Shown here piece after piece: positions 16,481-25,998 of a DNA stretch of 37,837 nucleotides (its first letter is position 1; each line of letters starts with the position of its first letter). The position numbers were made by a program, and so were the translations under genes. This DNA is from an uncultured Bacteroidales bacterium (lineage in GTDB: Bacteria > Bacteroidota > Bacteroidia > Bacteroidales > Bacteroidaceae), in the NCBI GenBank assembly GCA_947367415.1, contig CANBEE010000001.1, positions 1 through 37,837 on the forward strand, in the 5' to 3' direction. The notes below the pieces were generated by a model that worked only from the letters and a program-made list of their open reading frames with translations, was not told the DNA's origin and searched no databases.

Positions 16481-18340
16481 TTAGATGTCTTGATATCCTT
16501 CGTTTTGCTTCCAGTAGCGCTCGCCCGTCTCCTCATTAATCTTTGATTTCTCCAGTACAGAGTAGGGGATGGGGAACCATTCGCGATACTTATCCTTTGC
16601 GGTTACGTAGTCTACGTAGGTGTTGTCTGCAAACTTACCGAAGCGGATCAGGTCGCGACGACGCACACACTCCCATGCAAACTCACGACCACGCTCGTCG
16701 AGGATGTCATCGAGTTGCAGACTCACTACACCGGGATATTCCTTGGCATAGGCCTCTTTTGGATTATTCTCGTAAGCCATAGTACGGCTCAGCATTTTTT
16801 GGAAATCAGTTGTGCTGAAGCCTGAGGTTCCTTGTCCGCCACGAAGAATTGCCTCCTCCTTCATCCAGAGTATGTCGGCATAGCGCATCAGCACAAAGTC
16901 GTTCTCTGCATATTGGTATTGCCCAGCTTTATCTACTTCATACTTGGTGCAACGTGCGCCATCGTACCAGTTGGCAGCTTCCAATGAAGCAATCTCGATA
17001 CGGCAGATAGAGCCAATCTTGTTTTCGTCGAGAATGATTTCACCGTTCTTGTCAAAAACAGGACCAATGAACCAACCCCACTGCTTGGCGCTTTGTGTTC
17101 CATACCCTTGAACGGTCTTTGCATACTCCTTGAGCGGGCCATGATACTCTTTTTCAAGCAATTTATTATATTCTGCCAATTCAGCATCGGTCATCTTGTC
17201 GGGGCGGGCAGGAGGCTCGGGAGCAGCAGGAGGGATTGGACCAGGACCACGGAGATCCTTTTCGCTATAGCGCTCCATGAACTTAGGACGAGCTGCAAAT
17301 CCGTTCCAGGGCTTCTCTATCATACCATACACAGACTGGTGTGAGTAGTGCAATGTGAGTATGGGAACGCGTAACTTGTTTGACATACTGCCAATGTAAC
17401 GATGGTCGAACTCACCATTACCGTTCTCCACAATGACGAAGATGTTCTCCTTAGATGCACTGTTGTCAATCTTGAAGTTGGCAAACCAATCCTCCTCAAT
17501 AGAGTATGAACCTGAATTGATAACTAAATCACAGCATGCAACGGCATTGGTGTAAAAATCTGTAGCTGACTGAATCTTTACGAAATCGTTGCGATATTCA
17601 TTGTTGTCTGCCAAGTTGATGTTTTGGGGAGTACAGCCGAATGATTCAGCATTCAAGTATAGACGTGCCAAGAGAGCATATGCAAAACCTTGGGTCACAC
17701 GGCCGTAGTTGGCTGCTCGGTTGGCGTCGGTCACTACTGCCATGTTAGGGGCATTGCGCTCAAGGCAATTGACCAGATGTGACCATACCTGCTCGGGCTC
17801 CATGAGTGGCTCGGTCTTATCAACAAACTCCTCGAGGTAGGGGATACGTCCGAAGCAGTCGAAAAGCATGTAATAATAGTATGAGCGTAACACTTCGAGT
17901 TCACCTACATATTGGGCGTATATCTCAGGCTTCATAGACTCTTCAGCATCGGCTAATGTCGCCAACAGCTTGTTGCAGAGTACAGCTCCCGAGATGGTAG
18001 TGTTCCAGATGTTTTTGAAAGCATCGCCCATCCAGTTCCAGTTGTGGTTGTTAAGGCGTGTCCAGTAATAACTGTCTTTCCAGTGTTCACCCGGCATGCG
18101 GATGGGGCAAACACACTCGTCAGAGGTGAGTGAGGCTACTCCCCAATATCCCCAGTGGTCGTGTAACCACTTGATGTCGGCATAGGCTTGTCCTACGAGA
18201 AGAACAACGTTCTCCTCAGAACCCATCATAGAGTCTACGGTAGGATTACCATAATTCTTTTCTTCGAGCAAATCCTCACATGAGGTCAATGCGACCAGGG
18301 AGAAAAGTGCGGTAACGAATAATAAACTTATCTTTTTCAT
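16481..18340 (-). CDS. susD: SusD/RagB-family nutrient-binding lipoprotein
   Basis: The 619 aa product has the signal LVALTSC. Its TPR-like helical N-terminal half, size and position after susC are typical of the family. Confidence 0.88.
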   Translation of the reverse strand: MKKISLLFVTALFSLVALTSCEDLLEEKNYGNPTVDSMMGSEENVVLLVGQAYADIKWLHDHWGYWGVASLTSDECVCPIRMPGEHWKDSYYWTRLNNHNWNWMGDAFKNIWNTTISGAVLCNKLLATLADAEESMKPEIYAQYVGELEVLRSYYYYMLFDCFGRIPYLEEFVDKTEPLMEPEQVWSHLVNCLERNAPNMAVVTDANRAANYGRVTQGFAYALLARLYLNAESFGCTPQNINLADNNEYRNDFVKIQSATDFYTNAVACCDLVINSGSYSIEEDWFANFKIDNSASKENIFVIVENGNGEFDHRYIGSMSNKLRVPILTLHYSHQSVYGMIEKPWNGFAARPKFMERYSEKDLRGPGPIPPAAPEPPARPDKMTDAELAEYNKLLEKEYHGPLKEYAKTVQGYGTQSAKQWGWFIGPVFDKNGEIILDENKIGSICRIEIASLEAANWYDGARCTKYEVDKAGQYQYAENDFVLMRYADILWMKEEAILRGGQGTSGFSTTDFQKMLSRTMAYENNPKEAYAKEYPGVVSLQLDDILDERGREFAWECVRRRDLIRFGKFADNTYVDYVTAKDKYREWFPIPYSVLEKSKINEETGERYWKQNEGYQDI

Positions 18341-18352
18341 AATACTTATCTA

Positions 18353-21322
18353 TTAATATAGGCTGATGTTTACTCCAATAAGAATGTTTGCCACTGTTGG
18401 ATAGAAGTCGCAGTAGTCGATACCTGCATCCCAAACACCAGTGGTGTTCACTTCGGGGTCTTGTCCACTGTACTTGGTGAGGGTAAGCAGATTCTGTCCA
18501 GTGACATAGAATCTCATGTTCTCTACATATTTGTTGCTCACGGGTTTGTAGTTATAGCCCAAGGTGATGTTGTCAAGCTTGATGTATGAACCATCCTCAA
18601 GGTAATAGTCTGAGAAGTGGCCCTTGTCAGAGTACACTACATTGTTTCCTATTGCATCCTTAATGAACACGTTGGATGATTGTGATTGCTGTGGACCATA
18701 AGCCCAGCGAGTGAGGTTGAGAATCTTGTTGCCCACTACGCCGCGGAAGAACAATGAAAGGTCAAAGTTCTTATACTTCAGCATATTGTTCCAACCATAA
18801 GTGAACCAAGGCTGTGCACTACCTATTATTTGGCGGTCAACCTCTGATACGGTGCCTCCGTCCTTATAACCTCCGGCAGGTGTCTCAAACATCCATGTAC
18901 CGTCTTTCTTGAATCCTGCAAACTTGTAACCGTAGAATGAACCTACGGGATGACCTTCGGTAAGAATCTGAGTGTTGGTGTTCATGATACCATTCTCGCC
19001 AACGCCACCCGATGTGGTCTCCTTATAATTGAATCCCTTAGAGGGGTCAGAGAGCTTAGTGATGTAGTTCTTGTTGTAAGAGATGGTAGGAGTTGTTATC
19101 CATGTGAAATCCTTTGAGCGTACGGGTACTATGCTTACAGCAAGCTCAGCACCATAACTGTCCATCTGTCCAGCATTCGCCAAGAGTGTGGTATACTGGT
19201 AGGGAGGTGTAGGTACCTCGTAGTCCCACAATAGGTCGCGTGTCTGGCGATAGTATGCATCGAGGCTACCATAAACGCGGTTGTTGAAGAATGAGTAGTC
19301 GAAGCCGAGGTTATACTCATATTTCTTTTCCCAACGGAGGTCGGGGTTTACATTCTGACTTACACCATAAGTATATACGTACTGTCCGTTGTACCAGAAA
19401 GTACCACCATTAGAAAGCATGGCTACAGAACGGAGGTCAGAGCCGAGGTTGTTACCTGTGACACCAAATCCAGCACGGAGCTTCAAGTCGTTGCACCAGT
19501 CTTGGTTGCGCATGAAATTCTCTCCACTGATTCTCCAACCCAGGCTCACTGCGGGGAACCATCCCCACTTGTGGTTGGCACCGAAGCGTGAAGAACCCTC
19601 GCGACGTACCGATGCTGATACCAGGTATTTGTCGGCAAAGTTATAGTTAGCACGCAAGAAGGCTGCAGCCAGTGTATTTGAGTTGCGGTAAGAGCCTACG
19701 GTTAAGTAGTCTTTCGATGCATCACCATTACCAATCTGATAGTATTTGGCATCATCGGTTGGGAATCCCTTGTTTTCGATGTTGTTGCCATCGTATAGGA
19801 AGTTCTGGTAAGAGAGACCTGCTACAGTTGTGATGCTATGGCGACCATAAGTGCGCATATAGTCTGCTGTGAGTTCAAAAAGTTTACTAAAGCTCATGTC
19901 GTTCTTGCGACCAGCCTTTCCTGAACCTGCAAGATCTGTGTTGATGGTATTGTTATACCAATATGCGCGGTTGTCACCTTCCTCTATTGCTGCAAATCCA
20001 TTGATGCGGAGCATTCCTTTTACAGGCTTTACGTTAATCGTAGCCTTTACAGAACCACGGAAGTAATTACCATCTTGGTATGACTCCTTCTGCATCATTT
20101 GCTCTACAGGGTTTGACTGTCCTGTACCTTCAGGCATGAAGAAACCATTAGCATTGGCAGCATCGTAGATGGGGTAGGTGGGGTTCATTGTGGCTGCTTG
20201 CTTGAAGTCACCACAGAAATAATCGTTGCGGTAGTGCATGTAAGAGAGATCGTACTGCAACTCCAACCAACCATCAAGGGCCTTCTGCGATGCAGCAAGC
20301 TTTCCGATAATCTCTTCACGGTTTGAGTTAAGAGCGATACCCTGTGCATCTTTATAAGTAAGTGATGAACGGTAGTTGAACTTGCTTGAAGAACCTACGA
20401 TAGCCACATTGTGATTGTGTGCCAAAGCTGCATCGCGGCAAAGAGCGCCTACCCAATCGGTGTTCTGGTCAGACTGGATGACAGGGCTGATGGCTCCGTT
20501 CGAGAGTGTTCCGAGGTTGCGGAACTCCTCAGCTGTTGCCATTCCCATATCACCGTTACGCATGGAGGCAGATACGTAGCCGTCATATTCCACGCGTGTG
20601 GTAGCTACGTCAGAAAAGCTGTCGCCACGCTTGGTGGTGATAATGATGACACCATTGGTACCGCGCGTACCATAGATGGCAGCGGCCGAACCGTCCTTGA
20701 GTACGTCCATGGAGGCAATCTCATTGGGAGAGATGTTGTCGATGTTGCTTACAGGCACACCGTCAACGATAAAGAGGGGTGAGGTACCTGCACCTTTGTC
20801 AAGAGTGGAGAAACCACGAATCTGGATGTTGTAGCCAGTAGATGTGGGGTCTGATGATGTTTTGATAATATTCAAACCAGCTACCTTACCTTGCAGGAGC
20901 CCCACGGGACTCGACTTGATACCGGCATTAAAATCCTCAGCCTTGATGGAGGCTACAGAACCTGTCACCTCTTTCTTTTTCTGAGAACCGTAACCGATGA
21001 CTACTACGTCGGTAAGGTTGGTAGTCTCTTCAACGAGCGTGATGCGCTTGGGCATAGCCGAAGCCTTGAAGCTCTGTGTAGTGTAGCCTATGTAGCTGAT
21101 TTCAATGATGGCATCGGGGCCAGCTACAGTAAGAGCAAACTCGCCTTCGAGGCCTGTGGCTGCACCGTTTGTGGTGCCCTTTTCCACTACGGATACACCT
21201 ACGGCGGGGCCTAGCTCATCGTAGACTACGCCTTGTACCTTGTATTTGCCTTGGGCAAACACTTGCGCGGACGTCAGGAGTGACAGCATCAGTCCGGCTA
21301 ATACAAATTTAATCTTATTCAT
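18353..21322 (-). CDS. susC: SusC/RagA-family TonB-dependent transporter
   Basis: The 989 aa product has an N-terminal carboxypeptidase-regulatory-like domain (KVQGVVYDELGPAVGVSVV), a TonB-box/plug region (DVVVIGYGSQKKKEVTGSV) and a C-terminal beta-barrel ending in an aromatic residue. It has no STN anti-sigma domain. Confidence 0.92.
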   Translation of the reverse strand: MNKIKFVLAGLMLSLLTSAQVFAQGKYKVQGVVYDELGPAVGVSVVEKGTTNGAATGLEGEFALTVAGPDAIIEISYIGYTTQSFKASAMPKRITLVEETTNLTDVVVIGYGSQKKKEVTGSVASIKAEDFNAGIKSSPVGLLQGKVAGLNIIKTSSDPTSTGYNIQIRGFSTLDKGAGTSPLFIVDGVPVSNIDNISPNEIASMDVLKDGSAAAIYGTRGTNGVIIITTKRGDSFSDVATTRVEYDGYVSASMRNGDMGMATAEEFRNLGTLSNGAISPVIQSDQNTDWVGALCRDAALAHNHNVAIVGSSSKFNYRSSLTYKDAQGIALNSNREEIIGKLAASQKALDGWLELQYDLSYMHYRNDYFCGDFKQAATMNPTYPIYDAANANGFFMPEGTGQSNPVEQMMQKESYQDGNYFRGSVKATINVKPVKGMLRINGFAAIEEGDNRAYWYNNTINTDLAGSGKAGRKNDMSFSKLFELTADYMRTYGRHSITTVAGLSYQNFLYDGNNIENKGFPTDDAKYYQIGNGDASKDYLTVGSYRNSNTLAAAFLRANYNFADKYLVSASVRREGSSRFGANHKWGWFPAVSLGWRISGENFMRNQDWCNDLKLRAGFGVTGNNLGSDLRSVAMLSNGGTFWYNGQYVYTYGVSQNVNPDLRWEKKYEYNLGFDYSFFNNRVYGSLDAYYRQTRDLLWDYEVPTPPYQYTTLLANAGQMDSYGAELAVSIVPVRSKDFTWITTPTISYNKNYITKLSDPSKGFNYKETTSGGVGENGIMNTNTQILTEGHPVGSFYGYKFAGFKKDGTWMFETPAGGYKDGGTVSEVDRQIIGSAQPWFTYGWNNMLKYKNFDLSLFFRGVVGNKILNLTRWAYGPQQSQSSNVFIKDAIGNNVVYSDKGHFSDYYLEDGSYIKLDNITLGYNYKPVSNKYVENMRFYVTGQNLLTLTKYSGQDPEVNTTGVWDAGIDYCDFYPTVANILIGVNISLY

Positions 21323-21340
21323 ATTAATATAAATGTTTGG

Positions 21341-22645
21341 TTATACTCGTTTTTCTTTTACTAAATATACAGCTACAGCGCCACACACAAGCAGGATACC
21401 TGCAATGATGAACATGCTAGCTTGGCTTCCTCCTACCATCTTGAGTAGTATACCGCCACATGCTGCAGCTACTATTTGGGGCAAGCAGATGGTGCCGTTG
21501 AAAAGGCCTAGGTATGTTCCTATATGATTGCCCGAAAGCGAATTGGTAAGCAAAGTGAAGGGGATGGCAAGCATTGCAGCCCAAGCTGCTCCAATGAGCA
21601 GGAAGGAGATGAAGAGCAAGTGCTGGTCGTGGATGAAATAAACCGAAGCAAATCCAACAGCTCCTAATAGAAGGCTTACGACATAGGCAGTCTTCACATT
21701 CTTGAATCGTGGGATAAGGAGTGCCCATAACATTGAACCTATGGCTTGTACCGCAAACAGGATACCTACCCAGTTGCCTGCATCCTGGTATTCGGCAGAA
21801 CGTACGTCTGTGGTGCCCCATACGGTGTCGGCAATAGCGCCATTGGTGTATGTCCACATATACATGAAGGCTGCCCAGCAGAAGAATTGTACAAGGCCTA
21901 CTGTCCAGAATACGCTGGGAGCTTTCTTGAGCAGGGTGAGCATACCGGGCGACTTCTCCTTTTGTGCTTGTAGGTCGATGCCGTGGAATTCGGCATACTC
22001 CTTCGGTGGCATCTCCTTCACCTTAACGCTGGTAAATAGCACGCAGAGGATAAGGATGGCGGCACCGATGTAGAAGGCATACTTCACGGTGTCGGGGATT
22101 TCACCCTTAGGAGCAGTGTTGGCAATTCCTATCCATGCGAAGAGGAAGGGGAAGATATAGCCCACAAGGCTACCTGCGTTGCAAAGGAAACTCTGTATTG
22201 AATAAGCAAGGCTCTTCTGCTCTTCGCGTACGAGGTCACCTACAAGCATCTTGAAAGGCTGCATGGCCATGTTGATGGAGGTGTCGAGTAGCATTAGGGC
22301 TATGAGTCCGAATACCATGGCACCACCTACGGCAAAACCGAAACTACCGGCATTGGGAAGCATGCACATGACGAGAATGGCCACAAGAGAACCTATGAAG
22401 AGATAGGGGATGCGGCGGCCGAAGCGACACCAAGTGCGGTCGCTATACTTGCCCACGAGAGGCTGTACAATCATGCCCATCAAGGGAGGGAGTATCCAAA
22501 AGTAACTAAGACTATGAGGGTCGGCTCCAAGGGTGGCAAAGATACGGCTGATGTTGGCGCTTTGGAGCGAATAGGCTATTTGCACCCCGAAGAATCCGAG
22601 GCTGATATTCCATAGCTGCCAAAATGATAGACGGTTAGTGCTCAT
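21341..22645 (-). CDS. MFS sugar (maltose/maltodextrin-type, SLC45/GPH-like) transporter, first gene of the PUL operon
   Basis: The 434 aa product has about 12 TM helices and the motif GKYSDRTWCRFGRRIPYL, typical of GPH/SLC45-like symporters. It lies 18 nt upstream of susC. Confidence 0.8.
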   Translation of the reverse strand: MSTNRLSFWQLWNISLGFFGVQIAYSLQSANISRIFATLGADPHSLSYFWILPPLMGMIVQPLVGKYSDRTWCRFGRRIPYLFIGSLVAILVMCMLPNAGSFGFAVGGAMVFGLIALMLLDTSINMAMQPFKMLVGDLVREEQKSLAYSIQSFLCNAGSLVGYIFPFLFAWIGIANTAPKGEIPDTVKYAFYIGAAILILCVLFTSVKVKEMPPKEYAEFHGIDLQAQKEKSPGMLTLLKKAPSVFWTVGLVQFFCWAAFMYMWTYTNGAIADTVWGTTDVRSAEYQDAGNWVGILFAVQAIGSMLWALLIPRFKNVKTAYVVSLLLGAVGFASVYFIHDQHLLFISFLLIGAAWAAMLAIPFTLLTNSLSGNHIGTYLGLFNGTICLPQIVAAACGGILLKMVGGSQASMFIIAGILLVCGAVAVYLVKEKRV

Positions 22646-22722
22646 GGTATGTGCGCTTTCGTTTGTTTGGTTATGTCAGTTTACTGAAGTAAATGCCATT
22701 AAAGACATTACTTTTATTTATG

Positions 22723-22730
22723 CAAAAATA
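22723..22730 (-). promoter_or_regulatory. Bacteroidota -7 promoter box TATTTTTG (TAnnTTTG) for the PUL operon
   Basis: This is an exact match to TAnnTTTG on the minus strand, about 78 nt upstream of the MFS ATG. Confidence 0.5.
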
Positions 22731-22773
22731 GGAATCTTTTTTGTATGCTACCCCCTTCGGGGGCATTGTTGCC

Positions 22774-22825
22774 GACGAATTGCAAGTTTACTATGATGAA
22801 TTGCCTCGAATGCGTGACGAATGGT
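22774..22825 (+). promoter_or_regulatory. three direct repeats GAYGAAT(T)G at exact 21 bp phasing, a candidate LytTR operator
   Basis: The repeats are GACGAATTGC at 22774, GATGAATTGC at 22795 and GACGAATGGT at 22816. A weaker CGAATGC lies at 22807. All lie 84-135 nt upstream of the kinase ATG. Confidence 0.5.
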
Positions 22826-22908
22826 TTTTTGCACAAAGACGCTAAAAGAATCGGTGAAATCAGAAAATAATCGTATCTTTACGCCCAGAAAGTAAACTTT
22901 GCACAGAT

Positions 22909-24297
22909 ATGCTGAGAACGATGAAATCCTCGGGGGTGATACATCTTTTTGCCTTATTGCATGCCTTGGTGGTCATTGTCTGCCAATGGGCTGGGATGGA
23001 TGATGCGCTTACACTGACCATCTTTACCATGACTATGACGGTGATTCTGTGTCTCAAGAAAGGCATGCCTATTGACATTATTGCAGTGATGGTAATTGTT
23101 GTCAATGTCGTGGGATTTGTCGTTGGTACTTTAGGCGCTGGAGTAATCCGTCATCTGGTTGATGTGGAGGTAGCCGCAAGAATCTTCTCCACCGTACTGA
23201 CCACGGAATTGTTGGGATGGACCCTTGTTCTACTATCTCGCCTCACCAGTAAGAAGAATCGAGTGGAGGAGACCGATTTGTCGCGATCTGATTCGAAGCT
23301 CAGATGGACACTTGTCATCGTTGGTGTCATATTGGCTTTGCGTATAGGAGCAGCCATGCTTTTTTCGTCACCTTTATATGCTGGTACTAGTGTCATGGAA
23401 TTTGCTTGGAAGATACTTTCCAGCTCGCCTGCTCTCATTACCTACGTATGCCTCAGCATAATCTGTGTTCGTCGACTTCAACGTTTGAGCCAATCGGGAC
23501 ATAAACTTCTTGTTTGGCTAGGCTATATGGCCTTCGTGAGTGTCATCTCAGCAGTGGGAGCGTGGTGCTTTAGCATCACACGTGAGGGGACGATTTCCAT
23601 TGCTGTCGAACTCGATACTTTCCTGCGCTACTTTATCGCATCCTTCCTCGTAGAGACTACCATCTGCTGCATCGTGATATTGGTAGGTAGTATCTTCTCC
23701 ATACGTAAGGCTATGCAGCTTGAGCGTATCAGAGCAGCGCAAGCTCAGTATCGATATGCAACGCTCAAGCAACAGGTCAATCCCCACTTCCTTTTCAACT
23801 CACTCAATACCCTTGATGGACTGGTGTGTGAGCAACGTACCGAGCAGGCTAGCAACTATATACACAAGCTTGCCCACATGTATCGCTATATGTTGCGATG
23901 CGAGGATGAGGCTCTTGTCCCTTTGCGTGATGAGATTGAATTCATTAAGGAGTATGTTGCCTTGCAGAAGGTTCGTTTTGCTAATGGTTTTGAAATAAGC
24001 TACGATGTGCCCGATACGGCAATGCGACGTATGGTGGTACCCTGTGCTGTTCAACTGCTAGTGGAGAATTCCTTTAAGCATAATGCGGTGAATGCAGCTA
24101 ATCCACTACGTATTCTCATATCGGCAACAGATGATTGTCTTATAATAAAAAATAACGTGTTGCCGAAATATACGCGTGCAACGTCGACAGGACTCGGGCA
24201 GAAATACATACGTGAACATTACCATACTTTATCGACGCAAGATGTGGCCATCGAAAGCACTGCAGAGTATTATCGTGTGGCCATACCACTGCTTTAA
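22909..24297 (+). CDS. LytS/YehU-type sensor histidine kinase (polytopic membrane sensor)
   Basis: The 462 aa product has about 8 TM helices. These are followed by the His_kinase motif QVNPHFLFNSLNTL and an HATPase region (LLVENSFKHN ... GLGQKY). Confidence 0.85.
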   Translation: MLRTMKSSGVIHLFALLHALVVIVCQWAGMDDALTLTIFTMTMTVILCLKKGMPIDIIAVMVIVVNVVGFVVGTLGAGVIRHLVDVEVAARIFSTVLTTELLGWTLVLLSRLTSKKNRVEETDLSRSDSKLRWTLVIVGVILALRIGAAMLFSSPLYAGTSVMEFAWKILSSSPALITYVCLSIICVRRLQRLSQSGHKLLVWLGYMAFVSVISAVGAWCFSITREGTISIAVELDTFLRYFIASFLVETTICCIVILVGSIFSIRKAMQLERIRAAQAQYRYATLKQQVNPHFLFNSLNTLDGLVCEQRTEQASNYIHKLAHMYRYMLRCEDEALVPLRDEIEFIKEYVALQKVRFANGFEISYDVPDTAMRRMVVPCAVQLLVENSFKHNAVNAANPLRILISATDDCLIIKNNVLPKYTRATSTGLGQKYIREHYHTLSTQDVAIESTAEYYRVAIPLL

Positions 24298-24298
24298 G

Positions 24299-24317
24299 AA
24301 TTGACAATTGAAAATTT
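24299..24317. repeat. AATTGACAATTGAAAATTT, a copy of the palindromic word seen at 431-449
   Basis: It matches 431-449 at 18 of 19 positions. It starts 2 nt after the kinase stop, inside the 70 nt kinase-regulator gap. Confidence 0.7.
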
Positions 24318-24367
24318 GGCCAGCCGAATGGATCCCTCATCCCTCAACTATAAACCATAAACAAGAT

Positions 24368-25111
24368 ATGACCGTACTGATTATAGAAGATGAAATAATG
24401 GCACAGAGCAACCTGATGAGGATGCTGGGACAGTACTGTGCCGACCTTACAATAGTGGGAACTGCTACCTCAGTATCCAGTGCCGTAGAGTGGCTACAGG
24501 ATCCCTCTCACAAGGCCGACATCCTTTTTATGGATGTTGAACTGGCCGATGGCGTGTGTTTTGAGATATTCCGCAAAGTCAATGTCGATGCTCATGTCAT
24601 CATGACAACTGCTTATGATACCTATGCCATAAAGGCTTTCGAGGCAGGAAGTGTCGATTACTTGCTCAAGCCTATTGCCCCTGAAGCCTTATTGCGAGCT
24701 GTTTCGCGCTGTCGTACGCGAAGCGAGAAGCCCGACCTCAATGCAGTGATGAATACCCTTGCTGAGCCAAAGCGATATCGAGAGCGTTTGGTAGTGAAGT
24801 TCAACGACCGTATCGTACCAGTACCAACAGCCGAAATTGCCTATATCTGCTCAGAAGAGAAGTGCAACTATGTCGTTACCTCTGCTGGCTGTCGCTACAT
24901 ATTAGACGCTTCGCTCGACGTAGTAGCCGAAGTTCTCGATCCTGACAAGTTCTTCAAGATCTCACGTGGTTGTATCATAGCTTCCAAGGGAATAAAAAGC
25001 ATAGTCAAGCAAGGCGGACGCTTCAGAATCATCCCCTTTGTAGATTCTCCCGTTGAACTCACCGTAAGCCGTTCTCGTGTGGACGACTTCATGGCATGGC
25101 TCGAACGCTGA
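24368..25111 (+). CDS. LytTR-family response regulator
   Basis: I start the gene at MTVLIIEDE; the track start at 24308 adds 20 implausible residues. The receiver domain has an acceptor Asp in ILFMDVEL. The C-terminal LytTR domain carries FFKISRGCII. Confidence 0.85.
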   Translation: MTVLIIEDEIMAQSNLMRMLGQYCADLTIVGTATSVSSAVEWLQDPSHKADILFMDVELADGVCFEIFRKVNVDAHVIMTTAYDTYAIKAFEAGSVDYLLKPIAPEALLRAVSRCRTRSEKPDLNAVMNTLAEPKRYRERLVVKFNDRIVPVPTAEIAYICSEEKCNYVVTSAGCRYILDASLDVVAEVLDPDKFFKISRGCIIASKGIKSIVKQGGRFRIIPFVDSPVELTVSRSRVDDFMAWLER

Positions 25112-25254
25112 TGTGGATGTTGATATGGTGATTCTAATGTGGTGATTATTTGCTATCCATATGATTCTCTAGATCCTTATAATCAGAGGAATCCTGATTT
25201 GAGAGTGTGTTGAAGTTGCGATTTCTATGTCTCATTTATTTGTTTAAAGTATTA

Positions 25255-25950
25255 TTATGAGCCTTTCTTGATGATATTGCGCACCGTGAGTGTGCGATTG
25301 GCTACGGTGAAACGGATGTCGTAGTCTTCGTAAGGCATGCCGTAGACTTTTTCTGGTACATCGTGGTATGAGGGCCGTGGGTCGAGAGATAGTACATGTA
25401 TGAGGGCACGCAGGCTCTCTGGACTGAAGAGGGATTGTAAATGTTGGGGAAACTCAACGGTGAGCTCTTGCCACGGATGTTCGTCGACGAAACCGCTGCG
25501 AGCCTCGGGATGACTGTCTGCATAAGTGATATAGGGCTTGATGTCGTAGATGGGGGTTCCGTCCATGAGGTCAGCACCTAATACGTGGATTACGGGGCCT
25601 TCGGTGGGGCTAAGCTCAATTCGTTCAATGCGTGCCGATGAAAGCCCTATCGGGTTGGGACGGTAGGGCGAACGGGTGGCAAAGACGCCCATTTGCATGT
25701 TGCCTCCCAGGAGTGGTGGGCGTACTGTGGGTTGCCACGAAGTGGCTCCTCGCTCCTCGCGTGACCGGTTGGCCGAGAACTCCCAAATAATCCATAGGTA
25801 GTCGAAACCGTCGAGACCGCGGAGGGCATCGATGTTACGGTATGGTGACTCAAAGACTATACGGCCACGTAATTCGGTGACAATGCCGCTTTGTCGCGGT
25901 ATGCCGAACTTTGTGGGGAAGGCGCTACGGAAATGGGCGATGGGATGCAA
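25255..25950 (-). CDS. trmO: tRNA (N6-threonylcarbamoyladenosine-N6)-methyltransferase TrmO (TsaA/YaeB family)
   Basis: The 231 aa product carries FGIPRQSG, FDYLWIIWEF and RSPYRPNPIGLS, which are typical motifs. The start codon appears to be TTG. Confidence 0.8.
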   Translation of the reverse strand: MHPIAHFRSAFPTKFGIPRQSGIVTELRGRIVFESPYRNIDALRGLDGFDYLWIIWEFSANRSREERGATSWQPTVRPPLLGGNMQMGVFATRSPYRPNPIGLSSARIERIELSPTEGPVIHVLGADLMDGTPIYDIKPYITYADSHPEARSGFVDEHPWQELTVEFPQHLQSLFSPESLRALIHVLSLDPRPSYHDVPEKVYGMPYEDYDIRFTVANRTLTVRNIIKKGS

Positions 25951-25998
25951 GGTTAATTCAAGATTACGAGTTATGATAGATCTTTTTGACTACATCTC

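Noticed and set aside
22745-22766. The hairpin atgc-ta-CCCCCTTCGGGGG-cat as a terminator or small RNA
   Set aside because: It lies upstream of both divergent promoters and has no U-tract on either side. It is noted only as another 5 bp TTC/GAA-triloop mini-hairpin in the global repeat observation.
22784-22899. An invertible promoter (shufflon-like switch) flanked by the 9 bp inverted repeat AAGTTTACT/AGTAAACTT
   Set aside because: The inverted repeat is short and expected by chance at roughly the 10% level in this spacer. No site-specific recombinase gene is nearby. I kept it only as a low-interest motif observation.
24308-24367. A 20 codon N-terminal extension of the LytTR regulator ORF
   Set aside because: Receiver domains start about 3-5 residues before the acidic pair, so MTVLIIEDE at 24368 is the natural start. 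The extension covers the AATTGACAATTG spacer.
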